In this document: positions 1 through 7,279 of the stretch, piece by piece | Numbering within the stretch: position 1 is the first letter of the stretch | How the letters are laid out: every line of letters starts with the position of its first letter | From: an uncultured Candidatus Saccharibacteria bacterium | Lineage (GTDB): Bacteria > Patescibacteriota > Minisyncoccia > UBA6257 > 02-FULL-45-10c | DNA length: 16,587 nucleotides | Assembly: GCA_964355085.1 (NCBI GenBank) | Contig: CAYHBW010000021.1 | Location: 1-16,587 of the forward strand | Reading direction: 5' to 3' | Program-made: the position numbers and the translations under genes | Notes under the pieces: generated by a model | Database searches by the model: none | Seen by the model: only the letters and a program-made list of their open reading frames with translations | Told to the model about the DNA's origin: nothing

Positions 1-74
1 GCCAGAGTAGTTCAGTGGCAGAACAGTCGCTTCGTAAGCGATAGACGCGAGTTCGATTCTCGCCTTTGGCTCCA
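1..74 (+). tRNA. tRNA-Thr, anticodon CGT, with encoded 3' CCA
   Basis: Manual cloverleaf folding. 7-bp acceptor stem GCCAGAG/CTTTGGC with one G-U pair. D-stem GTTC/GAAC. Anticodon stem GTCGC/GCGAT with 7-nt loop TTCGTAA, which puts CGT at positions 34-36. T-arm GCGAG-TTCGATT-CTCGC. Discriminator T followed by CCA. Confidence 0.9.
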
Positions 75-120
75 AAATTCCAACTAACCACTAAAACCTA
101 AAAACTAAAACCTATTTTAA

Positions 121-861
121 ATGTTCAAACAACTCGATAAAAAATATGACAAAGGCCACGCGCACATTTCCATTTTCCCGGGAGTGGGAGGGGAGGATGC
201 GAAAGACTGGGCGAACATGCTTTTGAATATGTATGTGAAATACGGAGCAAAGCGCGGGTGGAAAGTCGCCCTGATTGATGATCGGGCAATCGATATCCGG
301 GGCGAATACGCGTACGGAAGTCTGCGTAATGAAACCGGCGTTCATCGCCTGGTCAGGATTTCCCCGTTTGATTCCAAACAATTGCGCCATACTTCATTCG
401 CGCTTGTCGAGGTTCTCCCGGAATTACCCGAATTGGAATCGCGCAATCTTGTGATTCCGCCGGAGGATTTGAAAATGGAATTGTCCCGTTCCAGCGGTCC
501 CGGCGGTCAGAATGTGAACAAGCGAGAGACTGCCGTGCGCGTTGTCCATCTTCCGACGGGAATAGCCGCCGCTTCCCAGGTGGAAAGATCCCAGTCAGCC
601 AACCGAGATAAAGCGCTGGCTCTGCTGAAAGCCAAACTCTTCAAGCTTATGCAGGAAAGGCAGGAGGGTGAACTGAAAAATCTCCGCACCCAGGTCAAGC
701 CGGAATGGGGGAATCAGATACGTTCGTACGTACTTCATCCGTATCAGCAGATAAAGGACCATAGAACCGGCGCCGTCAGTCATCAGCCGGACAAAGTGCT
801 GGCCGGCGATCTCGATAAGTTCATCGAGGCCGAACTGGAGCTTGATAGCCAGAAACCATAA
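121..861 (+). CDS. prfB: Peptide chain release factor 2 lacking N-terminal domain 1 (246 aa; SPF and GGQ motifs present)
   Basis: Translation holds the RF2-specific SPF tripeptide (RISPFDS), the GGQ motif (SGPGGQNVNK) and a conserved C-terminal RF domain (IRSYVLHPYQ..KDHRTG). It aligns to roughly residues 110-365 of canonical RF2. An in-frame TAA sits directly upstream of the ATG and the tRNA ends 46 bp upstream, so the roughly 110-aa domain 1 and the usual +1 frameshift site cannot be encoded here. Confidence 0.85.
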   Translation: MFKQLDKKYDKGHAHISIFPGVGGEDAKDWANMLLNMYVKYGAKRGWKVALIDDRAIDIRGEYAYGSLRNETGVHRLVRISPFDSKQLRHTSFALVEVLPELPELESRNLVIPPEDLKMELSRSSGPGGQNVNKRETAVRVVHLPTGIAAASQVERSQSANRDKALALLKAKLFKLMQERQEGELKNLRTQVKPEWGNQIRSYVLHPYQQIKDHRTGAVSHQPDKVLAGDLDKFIEAELELDSQKP

Positions 862-985
862 AGTCGGAAGCCCGGCCATTTTTACTTCATGGACTTTACG
901 GAATTTTTTACGTATAATTTAAGGTGAGAATAAAATAATTTATCAAATGTCATTGATCGGCGCAGCGTAATTACGACTATTCAAT

Positions 986-1669
986 ATGATTTCATTTCAG
1001 AATGTTTCCAAGGTTTATAACGACAGATCGGTTGCTTTGGAAAATATAAACTTTTCCATCAAGCCGAACGAATTCGTTTCGTTGGTAGGCAGAAACGGCG
1101 CGGGCAAGTCTACGATAATTAAGCTTCTCATCGGCGAGGAAAGGCCGACAAAAGGACGGATAATTTTCGGACCTTATGAGGTGAACAAGCTTATGTCGAA
1201 AGAGCTTACCATGCTCCGGCGCCAGATTGGAATCGTTTTTCAGGACTTCCGTCTTTTGCCTACCAAGAATGCGTATGAAAATGTCGCTTTTGCGCTTGAA
1301 GTCGAAGGCAGGCCGCAGTCGGAAATCGATCAGTTTGTTCCGCAGGTTTTGGATATGGTCGGTCTTGCTCATCGTTCTTTTAATTTTCCAAGCGAGCTTT
1401 CCGGCGGAGAAAAGCAGCGTATCGCCATCGCAAGGGCGATGATCCATAGGCCGGCCGTAGTTGTCGCGGATGAGCCGACCGGCAATCTTGACCCTATAAA
1501 TTCGGCGGAAATCATGAAGCTCCTGCTGAAGATAAATGAACTCGGCACCACCGTCATTCTGGTCACTCACAACAAAGATATCGTGAACAGCATCCAGAAG
1601 CGCGTCATCAGCATTGATAATGGTAGAATTATAAGAGACGAAGAAAAAGGAAAATATGTTCTCGCTTAA
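986..1669 (+). CDS. ftsE: Cell-division ABC transporter ATP-binding protein FtsE
   Basis: Walker A GRNGAGKST, ABC signature LSGGEKQR, Walker B VVVADEPT. About 227 aa, typical of FtsE. Lies immediately upstream of an FtsX-like permease gene. The prfB-ftsE-ftsX order is a widely conserved synteny. Confidence 0.92.
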   Translation: MISFQNVSKVYNDRSVALENINFSIKPNEFVSLVGRNGAGKSTIIKLLIGEERPTKGRIIFGPYEVNKLMSKELTMLRRQIGIVFQDFRLLPTKNAYENVAFALEVEGRPQSEIDQFVPQVLDMVGLAHRSFNFPSELSGGEKQRIAIARAMIHRPAVVVADEPTGNLDPINSAEIMKLLLKINELGTTVILVTHNKDIVNSIQKRVISIDNGRIIRDEEKGKYVLA

Positions 1670-1731
1670 TAACTTTTTTGAATTTCCTTACATCTAAAAC
1701 CTAACAACTCACACCTAAAACCTGCCCAGAA

Positions 1732-2640
1732 ATGTTCACCACGCTCTATCGCATAACCAAATACGGAATCAACGGATTTCTGCGGAACGGTTGGCAGTCC
1801 ATACCGACTTTATCCGTCATGACTTTGGCGCTTTTCGTCTTTTTGAGTCTTATTGTTTTCAATGTCCTGACGAATAATGCGATAATTCTTCTGCGGGACA
1901 AGATAGACATAAGCGTTTATTTCCAGAATTCCGCTTCTGAAGACGAGATTTTGAAGCTGAAGCGATCCCTTGAAAGTCTTTCGGAGGTTAAGAATGTCCA
2001 ATATGTTTCCAGGGATGAAGCTCTGCGGCTTTTCCAGGAGCGCCATAAAGACGATCCGACTATCGGCCAGGCGCTTGATGTGCTGAATGAAAATCCGCTT
2101 TCCGCTTCGATAAATATCAAGGCCAACGATCCGAAGGATTACCCGGTCATTGCGGCTTATCTTAACGCCGAGAGTTTCAAGTCTTCAGTGGATCAGATAA
2201 CTTATAATCAGAATCAGGTGGTCATAAACCGCCTGGCTTCGATTGTCGATACCGCCCGACGTGTCGGCATCGCATTGACGGCCATTCTTTCCGTCATTGC
2301 GGTTTTGGTCACGTTGAATACCATAATCCTTACGATTTATTCGAGCCGGGATGAAATCGGCGTCATGAGACTGGTGGGCGCAGGTAATAAATTCATCCGC
2401 GGTCCGTACGTGATTCAGGGAATTTTGTACGGCGTTCTCGCTTCGGTCATCAGTCTTCTCCTCATGCTTCCGCTGATTTATTTCGCAAGTCCTTACGCCG
2501 ATATTTTGATGCCGGAAATAAATCTTCAGAATTATTTCTATAATAATTTCCTCGCTCTTTTCGGCTATCAGCTTATTTTCGGCATAACGCTCGGGACGGT
2601 TTCCAGCGTCATTGCGGTCAGTCGTTATCTGAAACTTTAA
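1732..2640 (+). CDS. ftsX: Cell-division protein FtsX (permease-like)
   Basis: 302 aa. N-terminal TM segment, a large extracytoplasmic loop, then three C-terminal TM segments (FtsX/MacB-type topology). Directly downstream of ftsE. Confidence 0.85.
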   Translation: MFTTLYRITKYGINGFLRNGWQSIPTLSVMTLALFVFLSLIVFNVLTNNAIILLRDKIDISVYFQNSASEDEILKLKRSLESLSEVKNVQYVSRDEALRLFQERHKDDPTIGQALDVLNENPLSASINIKANDPKDYPVIAAYLNAESFKSSVDQITYNQNQVVINRLASIVDTARRVGIALTAILSVIAVLVTLNTIILTIYSSRDEIGVMRLVGAGNKFIRGPYVIQGILYGVLASVISLLLMLPLIYFASPYADILMPEINLQNYFYNNFLALFGYQLIFGITLGTVSSVIAVSRYLKL

Positions 2641-2642
2641 TC

Positions 2643-2679
2643 AAAAAAACCGCCCCGCCTAAAACGGGACGGTTTTTTT
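2643..2679. terminator. Bidirectional rho-independent terminator (A7-hairpin-T7)
   Basis: aaaaaaa-CCGCCCCGCCTAAAACGGGACGG-ttttttt. A GC-rich imperfect hairpin flanked by an A-run and a T-run, located after the ftsX stop. Confidence 0.6.
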
Positions 2680-2688
2680 AATCTTCTT

Positions 2689-2784
2689 TTAAATCAGATA
2701 AAGCAGGCTGCTTCCCAGCATGCTGAAGGCGACGATGCTGACGACGACGATCTGGGTGATTTTAAGAAATAATTTCCTGTTCAT
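2689..2784 (-). CDS. Possible 31-aa hydrophobic mini-protein (MNRKLFLKITQIVVVSIVAFSMLGSSLLYLI)
   Basis: Not in the ORF track (under 60 aa). On the minus strand an AGGAA lies 5 nt before the ATG, which is rare in this window. Single predicted TM helix. Sits directly downstream of the protease gene on the same strand. Confidence 0.25.
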   Translation of the reverse strand: MNRKLFLKITQIVVVSIVAFSMLGSSLLYLI

Positions 2785-2827
2785 ATTTCCTGTTAATATT
2801 ACCCGTCTTCCGGGGAGTATTCAAGTT

Positions 2828-3826
2828 TTATTGCGGGAAGATAAGCCGAGATTTCAGGATTCTTGCAAGCGATTCTATCACGCCGGTCCGCGTGAACGTG
2901 GGGATGCCGAGGTAGCAATTTTGCTTCAGGGAAATCGCGGCTCCTCCGGAGTTGCCCCTTTCCACTTTAGCGGAAGTAATGTAGTAATTTCCGTCGAATC
3001 CGGAGATTATCCCTTCGGTGGCGGTGATATCCGTTTGGGATCCTATGCCGGGATATCCGAGAATGACTATGTTCGCTCCGACGGCCGGATCGTCTGCGCA
3101 GGCATTGAAGGATTTTTCCGAAAGGGAATTCAGGTGGCTGTCGCTGGAATCAAGATTGATTCTCGACCAATCAAGTCCGTCGGCTGATTTGAATATCTGG
3201 ACGGCGTCGATAGTCGTGGTTTTCTGGTAATCAGGGAATTGCAGTCTGCAGACAGCCGGCGGAACTCCATTTTCATCCAGAACAACGTGAGTGTTTGTGA
3301 CGACCGCCGGATAGCCGCTTTTTTCCTTGGTCAGTATTCCGGATCCGGTTTGAGTCTGATAAACCGATCCGTTGTTGTTTTTCCAGTCGCAGGAGATATA
3401 GGCGATTCTTGGCCGCCATTCAGATATGATTTTCGCTATATCGTAGGTTTTCGCTTCAGTCACGCCTTTTTCAAGTTCCGTCAATTTCATTTTTGTCGCT
3501 TCTGATTCCGTAATTCTCTGGGCCTCCGCCTGCGCCCGTTTCAGCTGTTCTTCAAGGAGTTTTTTCGTGAGCTCTGTCGTCTGTTCGGCCGACTTTTTCT
3601 TCGTGATGCCGAGTTCTGAACGGAGTCCGGATATGTCATCGGCGAGCGAGGCGATTTCCTTCTGATGTATGGACAGTAATTCCTGGATTTTTTGTTCTTT
3701 GAGTATGTTTTCGGTTTTAGTCCTGAAATAAAGCGTGTATCCGAAAAATCCCGCCGCGATGACGGCGACAGTTCCGGTTCCGAGTATGGTCGTAAAGACC
3801 TGCATTATTCCTCGTCTGTAATCCAT
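2828..3826 (-). CDS. Membrane-anchored coiled-coil protein with C-terminal HtrA/DegP-like (S1C) serine protease domain, no PDZ domain
   Basis: N-terminal TM helix (VFTTILGTGTVAVIAAGFFGYTLYF). About 90 residues of charged heptad-like sequence (KEQKIQELLSIHQKEIASLADDISGLRSELG...EEQLKRAQAEAQRITESEATKMKLTELEKG). A C-terminal domain with VVTNTHVV (His) and ERGNSGGAAISL (Ser), which match the DegP motifs TNNHVV and RGNSGGAL. Confidence 0.75.
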   Translation of the reverse strand: MDYRRGIMQVFTTILGTGTVAVIAAGFFGYTLYFRTKTENILKEQKIQELLSIHQKEIASLADDISGLRSELGITKKKSAEQTTELTKKLLEEQLKRAQAEAQRITESEATKMKLTELEKGVTEAKTYDIAKIISEWRPRIAYISCDWKNNNGSVYQTQTGSGILTKEKSGYPAVVTNTHVVLDENGVPPAVCRLQFPDYQKTTTIDAVQIFKSADGLDWSRINLDSSDSHLNSLSEKSFNACADDPAVGANIVILGYPGIGSQTDITATEGIISGFDGNYYITSAKVERGNSGGAAISLKQNCYLGIPTFTRTGVIESLARILKSRLIFPQ

Positions 3827-3846
3827 AAGCGATCATTAATATTGTA

Positions 3847-4119
3847 TCAAAATTTTTCCGAATTTGCGCGCGCAATCAATACGAATGCCAATGAAGATAG
3901 CATGAATTTAGGAGAAAAATTTATCAGGGTATCGCTCGCGGAATGCGATTCCGAGCCGGCTTTATTGAAGAAAAACAGGACTATCGCAAAATGGATTAAC
4001 AATAGAACCCATCCCTGCCAGCTGATTGGTCTGTAGCCGTATGCCTTTCTCCTGAACCAGGCGTTTTCCATATACCTATGATGATACAGGTTTTCCAGGA
4101 GAAATGTTATAATGGGCAT
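3847..4119 (-). CDS. Hypothetical small membrane protein (90 aa)
   Basis: ORF on the same strand and immediately upstream of the protease gene. One or two hydrophobic segments (WVLLLIHFAIVLFFF; LSSLAFVLIA). No recognisable family. An AT-rich putative promoter region lies upstream. Confidence 0.35.
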   Translation of the reverse strand: MPIITFLLENLYHHRYMENAWFRRKAYGYRPISWQGWVLLLIHFAIVLFFFNKAGSESHSASDTLINFSPKFMLSSLAFVLIARANSEKF

Positions 4120-4265
4120 ATGCCAGTGAGTGAATCTTCGGTCCTGCTCCGCAGATAATCGATTTAATTTTATTTACTGACAAATCAAATCTCATTTAAT
4201 CATTAACTTTTAACAATTACAGAGCTTCGCAGAGAGATTATCTCGGCGAAGATCTACTTACTGAT

Positions 4266-5288
4266 ATGCCGGAGTCGGATAAAATACAGCATTATTTCTT
4301 TTTTGGTCTTTTCACCATCGTGATCGCGCTTAATGCGCTGGTGTTTTTCCCTTATTTCGGATCGCTGATTTTCGCCGCGACTTTTGCGGCTATTTTCATG
4401 CCCTGGCATCGGTTTGTCCTGCGTTTGATGCCGGCACTGCCGAATATCGCCGCTTTTTTGACGCTGATTTCGATTCTTGTGGCGATTTTCGTCCCGCTTT
4501 TTGCAATCGGAACTATTGTCGTCAATCAGGCCCAGGATCTTTATTTTTCCTTAAGCAGCAATTCCGAAGTCGAGGAAGTTTTGAGCGGATTCCTTATTTT
4601 GGCCCGGGAGAGATTTTCTGGTTTGCCGCTGGATCAGCTTGTATCTGAAATAAGCGATTATATTAGGGTTCCCTTGCAGTATCTTTTTTCCAATATAGGA
4701 GGCCTTTTTTCCGGAGCGACGGATATTTCAATAGGAGTCTTTTTGGTCCTTCTCGCGATGTTCTTTTTCTTCCGGGACGGGGACAGGTTGAGGGATCTCA
4801 TTTTTCAGCTTAGTCCGCTCCGCAATGAAGACGACAATCTTGTCCTGACAAGCTTCGAGCGGACTATAAATTCCATAGTTAAGGGATCCTTGCTTGTGGC
4901 CTTGGTCCAAGGATCGGCGGCCGGTATCGGTTTTCTGATTTTCGGCGTTCCTAATTTCGCCCTTTGGGGGGCGATTGCAGTCATAACCTCCCTGGTCCCG
5001 GGTATCGGCAACACTCTTGTCACGATTCCGGCGGTTATCTATCTTTTTGCGAATCAGATGACCACTCCGGCCGTGGGAATGGCGGTCTGGGCTTTCGGCG
5101 TGAGTCTTGTGGATAATATGCTCCGCCCGAAATTCATTTCTTCCGGCCTCGGAGTCCATCCTCTTCTGGTTTTCCTTTCGGTTCTCGGCGGATTGAGTAT
5201 TTTCGGAATGTACGGTTTTCTGATCGGACCGCTGCTGTTGAGTTTTCTTTTCGCGATGACCCAGCTTTACAAGAAGGGCGTAAAATGA
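4266..5288 (+). CDS. AI-2E family transporter (PerM/YhhT/UPF0118-like permease)
   Basis: 340 aa with about 8 TM helices. Overall architecture and conserved blocks typical of AI-2E family permeases. Confidence 0.8.
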   Translation: MPESDKIQHYFFFGLFTIVIALNALVFFPYFGSLIFAATFAAIFMPWHRFVLRLMPALPNIAAFLTLISILVAIFVPLFAIGTIVVNQAQDLYFSLSSNSEVEEVLSGFLILARERFSGLPLDQLVSEISDYIRVPLQYLFSNIGGLFSGATDISIGVFLVLLAMFFFFRDGDRLRDLIFQLSPLRNEDDNLVLTSFERTINSIVKGSLLVALVQGSAAGIGFLIFGVPNFALWGAIAVITSLVPGIGNTLVTIPAVIYLFANQMTTPAVGMAVWAFGVSLVDNMLRPKFISSGLGVHPLLVFLSVLGGLSIFGMYGFLIGPLLLSFLFAMTQLYKKGVK

Positions 5289-5289
5289 A

Positions 5290-5312
5290 AACCGCCTCCA
5301 GGGCGGTTTTTT
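5290..5312. terminator. Bidirectional rho-independent terminator between convergent genes
   Basis: ACCGCC-tccag-GGCGG followed by TTTTTT, with an AAA run on the other side. Lies between the AI-2E transporter stop and the stop of the minus-strand membrane protein gene. Confidence 0.7.
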
Positions 5313-5814
5313 AAATTTGAATCACAGCCCAGATTATCAGGGCGGCAAAGGCGATTTGGGAGGAAATCCCGATCAAATGCCTCTTGTCCAGAAAATTTTC
5401 AGCATGTATCCAGATGTGGAATTTTTGCAGCGGCAGCAGCAGGCGGTTCGGCATTTTGAAATAAACGAATTGAAGCGGGTCCGGGAAAATTCCTCCGATC
5501 GCTCCGCATAGAATTGAAATCATTGCCGCATCAACCGATGCTTCAGGATGAAAAACGGATGCGGCGATCCAGATGCCTAGCAGAAAATCGATTCCGATGT
5601 CGAAAAGATCGACGGCAAACCATTTGTTCAGGACCATGTCGTTATTCAGGGGATTTTCCCGGTCTATTTTTGCGGAAAAAACCGGATAATGCCAGTGGGG
5701 GACGGCGTCAATCACAAAATGACTTATCACGCCGAGAAAAAAAGACAAAACCGGATTTTGCGGTATTAGATAGCCGATCGCTCCGCCGACTATTCCGTGG
5801 GTTGCGAGAATCAT
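5311..5814 (-). CDS. Integral membrane protein, possibly a DUF457/YdjM-like membrane-bound metal-dependent hydrolase
   Basis: 167 aa with 3-4 hydrophobic helices and a His/Asp cluster (SHFVIDAVPHWHY). Divergent from the DUF948-like gene. Chosen over the overlapping plus-strand ORFs, which are Arg-rich and of low complexity. Confidence 0.5.
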   Translation of the reverse strand: MILATHGIVGGAIGYLIPQNPVLSFFLGVISHFVIDAVPHWHYPVFSAKIDRENPLNNDMVLNKWFAVDLFDIGIDFLLGIWIAASVFHPEASVDAAMISILCGAIGGIFPDPLQFVYFKMPNRLLLPLQKFHIWIHAENFLDKRHLIGISSQIAFAALIIWAVIQI

Positions 5815-5855
5815 GATTTAAGACGGTGAAATAACTATACTCAATCAGCGGTATG

Positions 5856-5888
5856 TTTGTAAATATGGAATCCGGATATGCTATAATA
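5856..5888 (+). promoter_or_regulatory. Extended -10 promoter (TGcTATAAT) ending 5 nt before the ATG; leaderless start
   Basis: tgcTATAAT at 5879-5888 and TTTGTA about 20 nt upstream. ATG at 5894, so the transcription start coincides with the start codon. Confidence 0.45.
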
Positions 5889-5893
5889 TTTGT

Positions 5894-6169
5894 ATGACTA
5901 TGTTGATTGTCGCCCAGACATTGTTTTACTTCACGGTTTCTTTTGCGATTATCGCTTTGAGCATTCTGACGGGTATGATTGCTTACCATCTCGTGAAGAT
6001 CACCAGAGAATTGAGGCGCATAACCGACAATCTCGGCGATGCTTCGGATGAATTGCGCGAGTCGCTTGCTGATATCATAGAGCGTTTGTCCGGCCTGCCG
6101 ATTCTTTCTATGTTCATGAATGACCGCGGTAAATCCGCCGGCAATCATAAAAAAGGTCGTTCCAAATAA
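5894..6169 (+). CDS. DUF948-like small membrane protein (N-terminal TM plus coiled region)
   Basis: 91 aa. TM helix followed by a charged helical segment (ITRELRRITDNLGDASDELRESLADIIERL). Immediately followed by a YtxH-like gene, as in Firmicutes ytxG-ytxH operons. Confidence 0.55.
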   Translation: MTMLIVAQTLFYFTVSFAIIALSILTGMIAYHLVKITRELRRITDNLGDASDELRESLADIIERLSGLPILSMFMNDRGKSAGNHKKGRSK

Positions 6170-6194
6170 TAATATTGAAATTCATAAAATCAGC

Positions 6195-6512
6195 ATGAAA
6201 AAAGATCAAATGATGAAGCTTATGGGCGGAGCATTGGCGGGCGCGGCGCTCGGCGTTGCGGCCGGACTTATGCTTGCTCCTAAGTCAGGAAAGAATCTTC
6301 GCAAAGATGTTAAAGATCAGGTGGCCGAGCTTTACAAGATGGCGGCGCCACAGCTAAAGAAAATGACGAAGATGGGCGAAGCGGAATATAAAGCCGCGAT
6401 GCGGAAAGCGACTGCGACCTACAGTAAGGCCCGCAAACTCTCTTTCAAGGAAGCTAAGATGCTTGAAAAAGAAGCGATGGCATCCTGGAATATGGTGAAG
6501 AAGCATCTTTAA
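6195..6512 (+). CDS. YtxH-domain protein (start taken at an internal Met of the track ORF that begins at 6120)
   Basis: GGALAGAALGVAAGLMLAPKSGKNLRKDV matches the YtxH signature (Gly-zipper helix plus APKSGKE.R). Lys/Ala-rich amphipathic C-terminus. The alternative start at 6120 would overlap the upstream gene. Confidence 0.65.
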   Translation: MKKDQMMKLMGGALAGAALGVAAGLMLAPKSGKNLRKDVKDQVAELYKMAAPQLKKMTKMGEAEYKAAMRKATATYSKARKLSFKEAKMLEKEAMASWNMVKKHL

Positions 6513-6544
6513 AAAAACACCCGGCTTCAGCCGGGTGTTTTTTT
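6511..6544 (+). terminator. Rho-independent terminator
   Basis: CACCCGGC-ttca-GCCGGGTG hairpin followed by TTTTTTT. Confidence 0.75.
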
Positions 6545-6582
6545 ATGAAACAGAAGTCCTATTAAAATGCTATAATGGATAC

Positions 6583-6801
6583 ATGGAACAATCACTCGCT
6601 TTAAAGATAATATTCGGCATAGCGGTATTCGGGCTTTGTTTTTCCGGATACCTTTCTTATCAGGAACTTTTTACCGGATCTGCCGCAAGTTGTCCTGCGC
6701 CCGGCGCTCCGGGGACGGTCTTCGGTTATCCGGCCTGTGTTTACGGATTTTTCATGTATTTGCTGGTCGCTCTGATTGCCGGTTTTGCGCTTTTCGCATA
6801 A
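6583..6801 (+). CDS. Small two-helix membrane protein with conserved cysteines (72 aa)
   Basis: The track ORF starts at a GTG inside the upstream terminator, so the ATG at 6583 is preferred. It is preceded by TGcTATAAT at 6568-6576, with 6 nt between the TATAAT and the ATG (leaderless arrangement). Two hydrophobic helices flank SCPAPGAPGTVFGYPAC. Confidence 0.45.
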   Translation: MEQSLALKIIFGIAVFGLCFSGYLSYQELFTGSAASCPAPGAPGTVFGYPACVYGFFMYLLVALIAGFALFA

Positions 6802-6810
6802 AATAACCGC

Positions 6811-7272
6811 ATGGCTGAAAAATGGACAAAAGAATCCGTCTTGAATTTCCTGCGTGAAAATCCGCTGGCGTCCATGGCCGTGAACGGCGAAGATTACCCG
6901 ATTTCTTCGCTTGTGCTTTTTTATGCGGATGACGGTTTCAATGTTTATTTCGGAACCGGAAGGGAAAGCTTCAAAGCCAAGGCGCTTCTTAAGGATCCGA
7001 AAATCAGCTTCAGCTGCTGGAAGTCGGGAGCCGCGCTTATGCAATGGAGCGGAAAGGCGGAAGAAGTGACTGATAAAAAAGAGGCCGGCGACAGAATGGA
7101 TGATGTGGCCAAGGAAACCCGGCATCTCCCTGATTTCTGGCCGCCGCTTCTCGGAATTTGGAAGTCGGCCTACATTCTTTTCAAGGTCAAAACGGATTTT
7201 CTGCGGGTTCTCGATCTTGATGATTTGCATATCAAAGAGGTGGCGCCGAAATTCACGGATTTCAGATTTTAA
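6811..7272 (+). CDS. Pyridoxamine 5'-phosphate oxidase-like FMN-binding split-barrel protein (general stress protein 26 type)
   Basis: 153 aa. Pattern of beta-strand-rich blocks and motifs typical of the PNPOx-like family (ASMAVNGEDYPISSLVLFYADDGFNVYFGT...). Confidence 0.65.
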   Translation: MAEKWTKESVLNFLRENPLASMAVNGEDYPISSLVLFYADDGFNVYFGTGRESFKAKALLKDPKISFSCWKSGAALMQWSGKAEEVTDKKEAGDRMDDVAKETRHLPDFWPPLLGIWKSAYILFKVKTDFLRVLDLDDLHIKEVAPKFTDFRF

Positions 7273-7279
7273 ATCGTAC

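Noticed and set aside
75-120. Search for the canonical prfB +1 programmed frameshift site (CUU UGA C) and an upstream N-terminal exon
   Set aside because: Only 46 bp separate the tRNA from the ATG, and an in-frame TAA immediately precedes the ATG. No frameshift cassette is possible.
862-985. Possible terminator after prfB and SD-like AAGGTGAG at 921-928
   Set aside because: Only a weak 3-bp stem before the T-run. The AAGGTGAG is 58 nt from the ftsE ATG and is separated from it by in-frame stops, so it is not a functional SD for ftsE. Only TATAAT at 913-918 is noted as a possible ftsE promoter -10.
992-1570. Minus-strand 192-aa ORF inside ftsE
   Set aside because: Antisense to an unambiguous ABC ATPase.
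2720-3187. Plus-strand 155-aa track ORF
   Set aside because: Lies antisense to the well-supported protease gene. No motifs, and its start sits inside the intergenic/terminator region.
5317-5816. Plus-strand ORFs 5317-5511 and 5514-5816 as alternatives to the minus-strand membrane protein
   Set aside because: Highly basic, Arg/Ser-rich low-complexity translations. The minus-strand frame encodes a coherent multi-helix membrane protein flanked by a convergent terminator.
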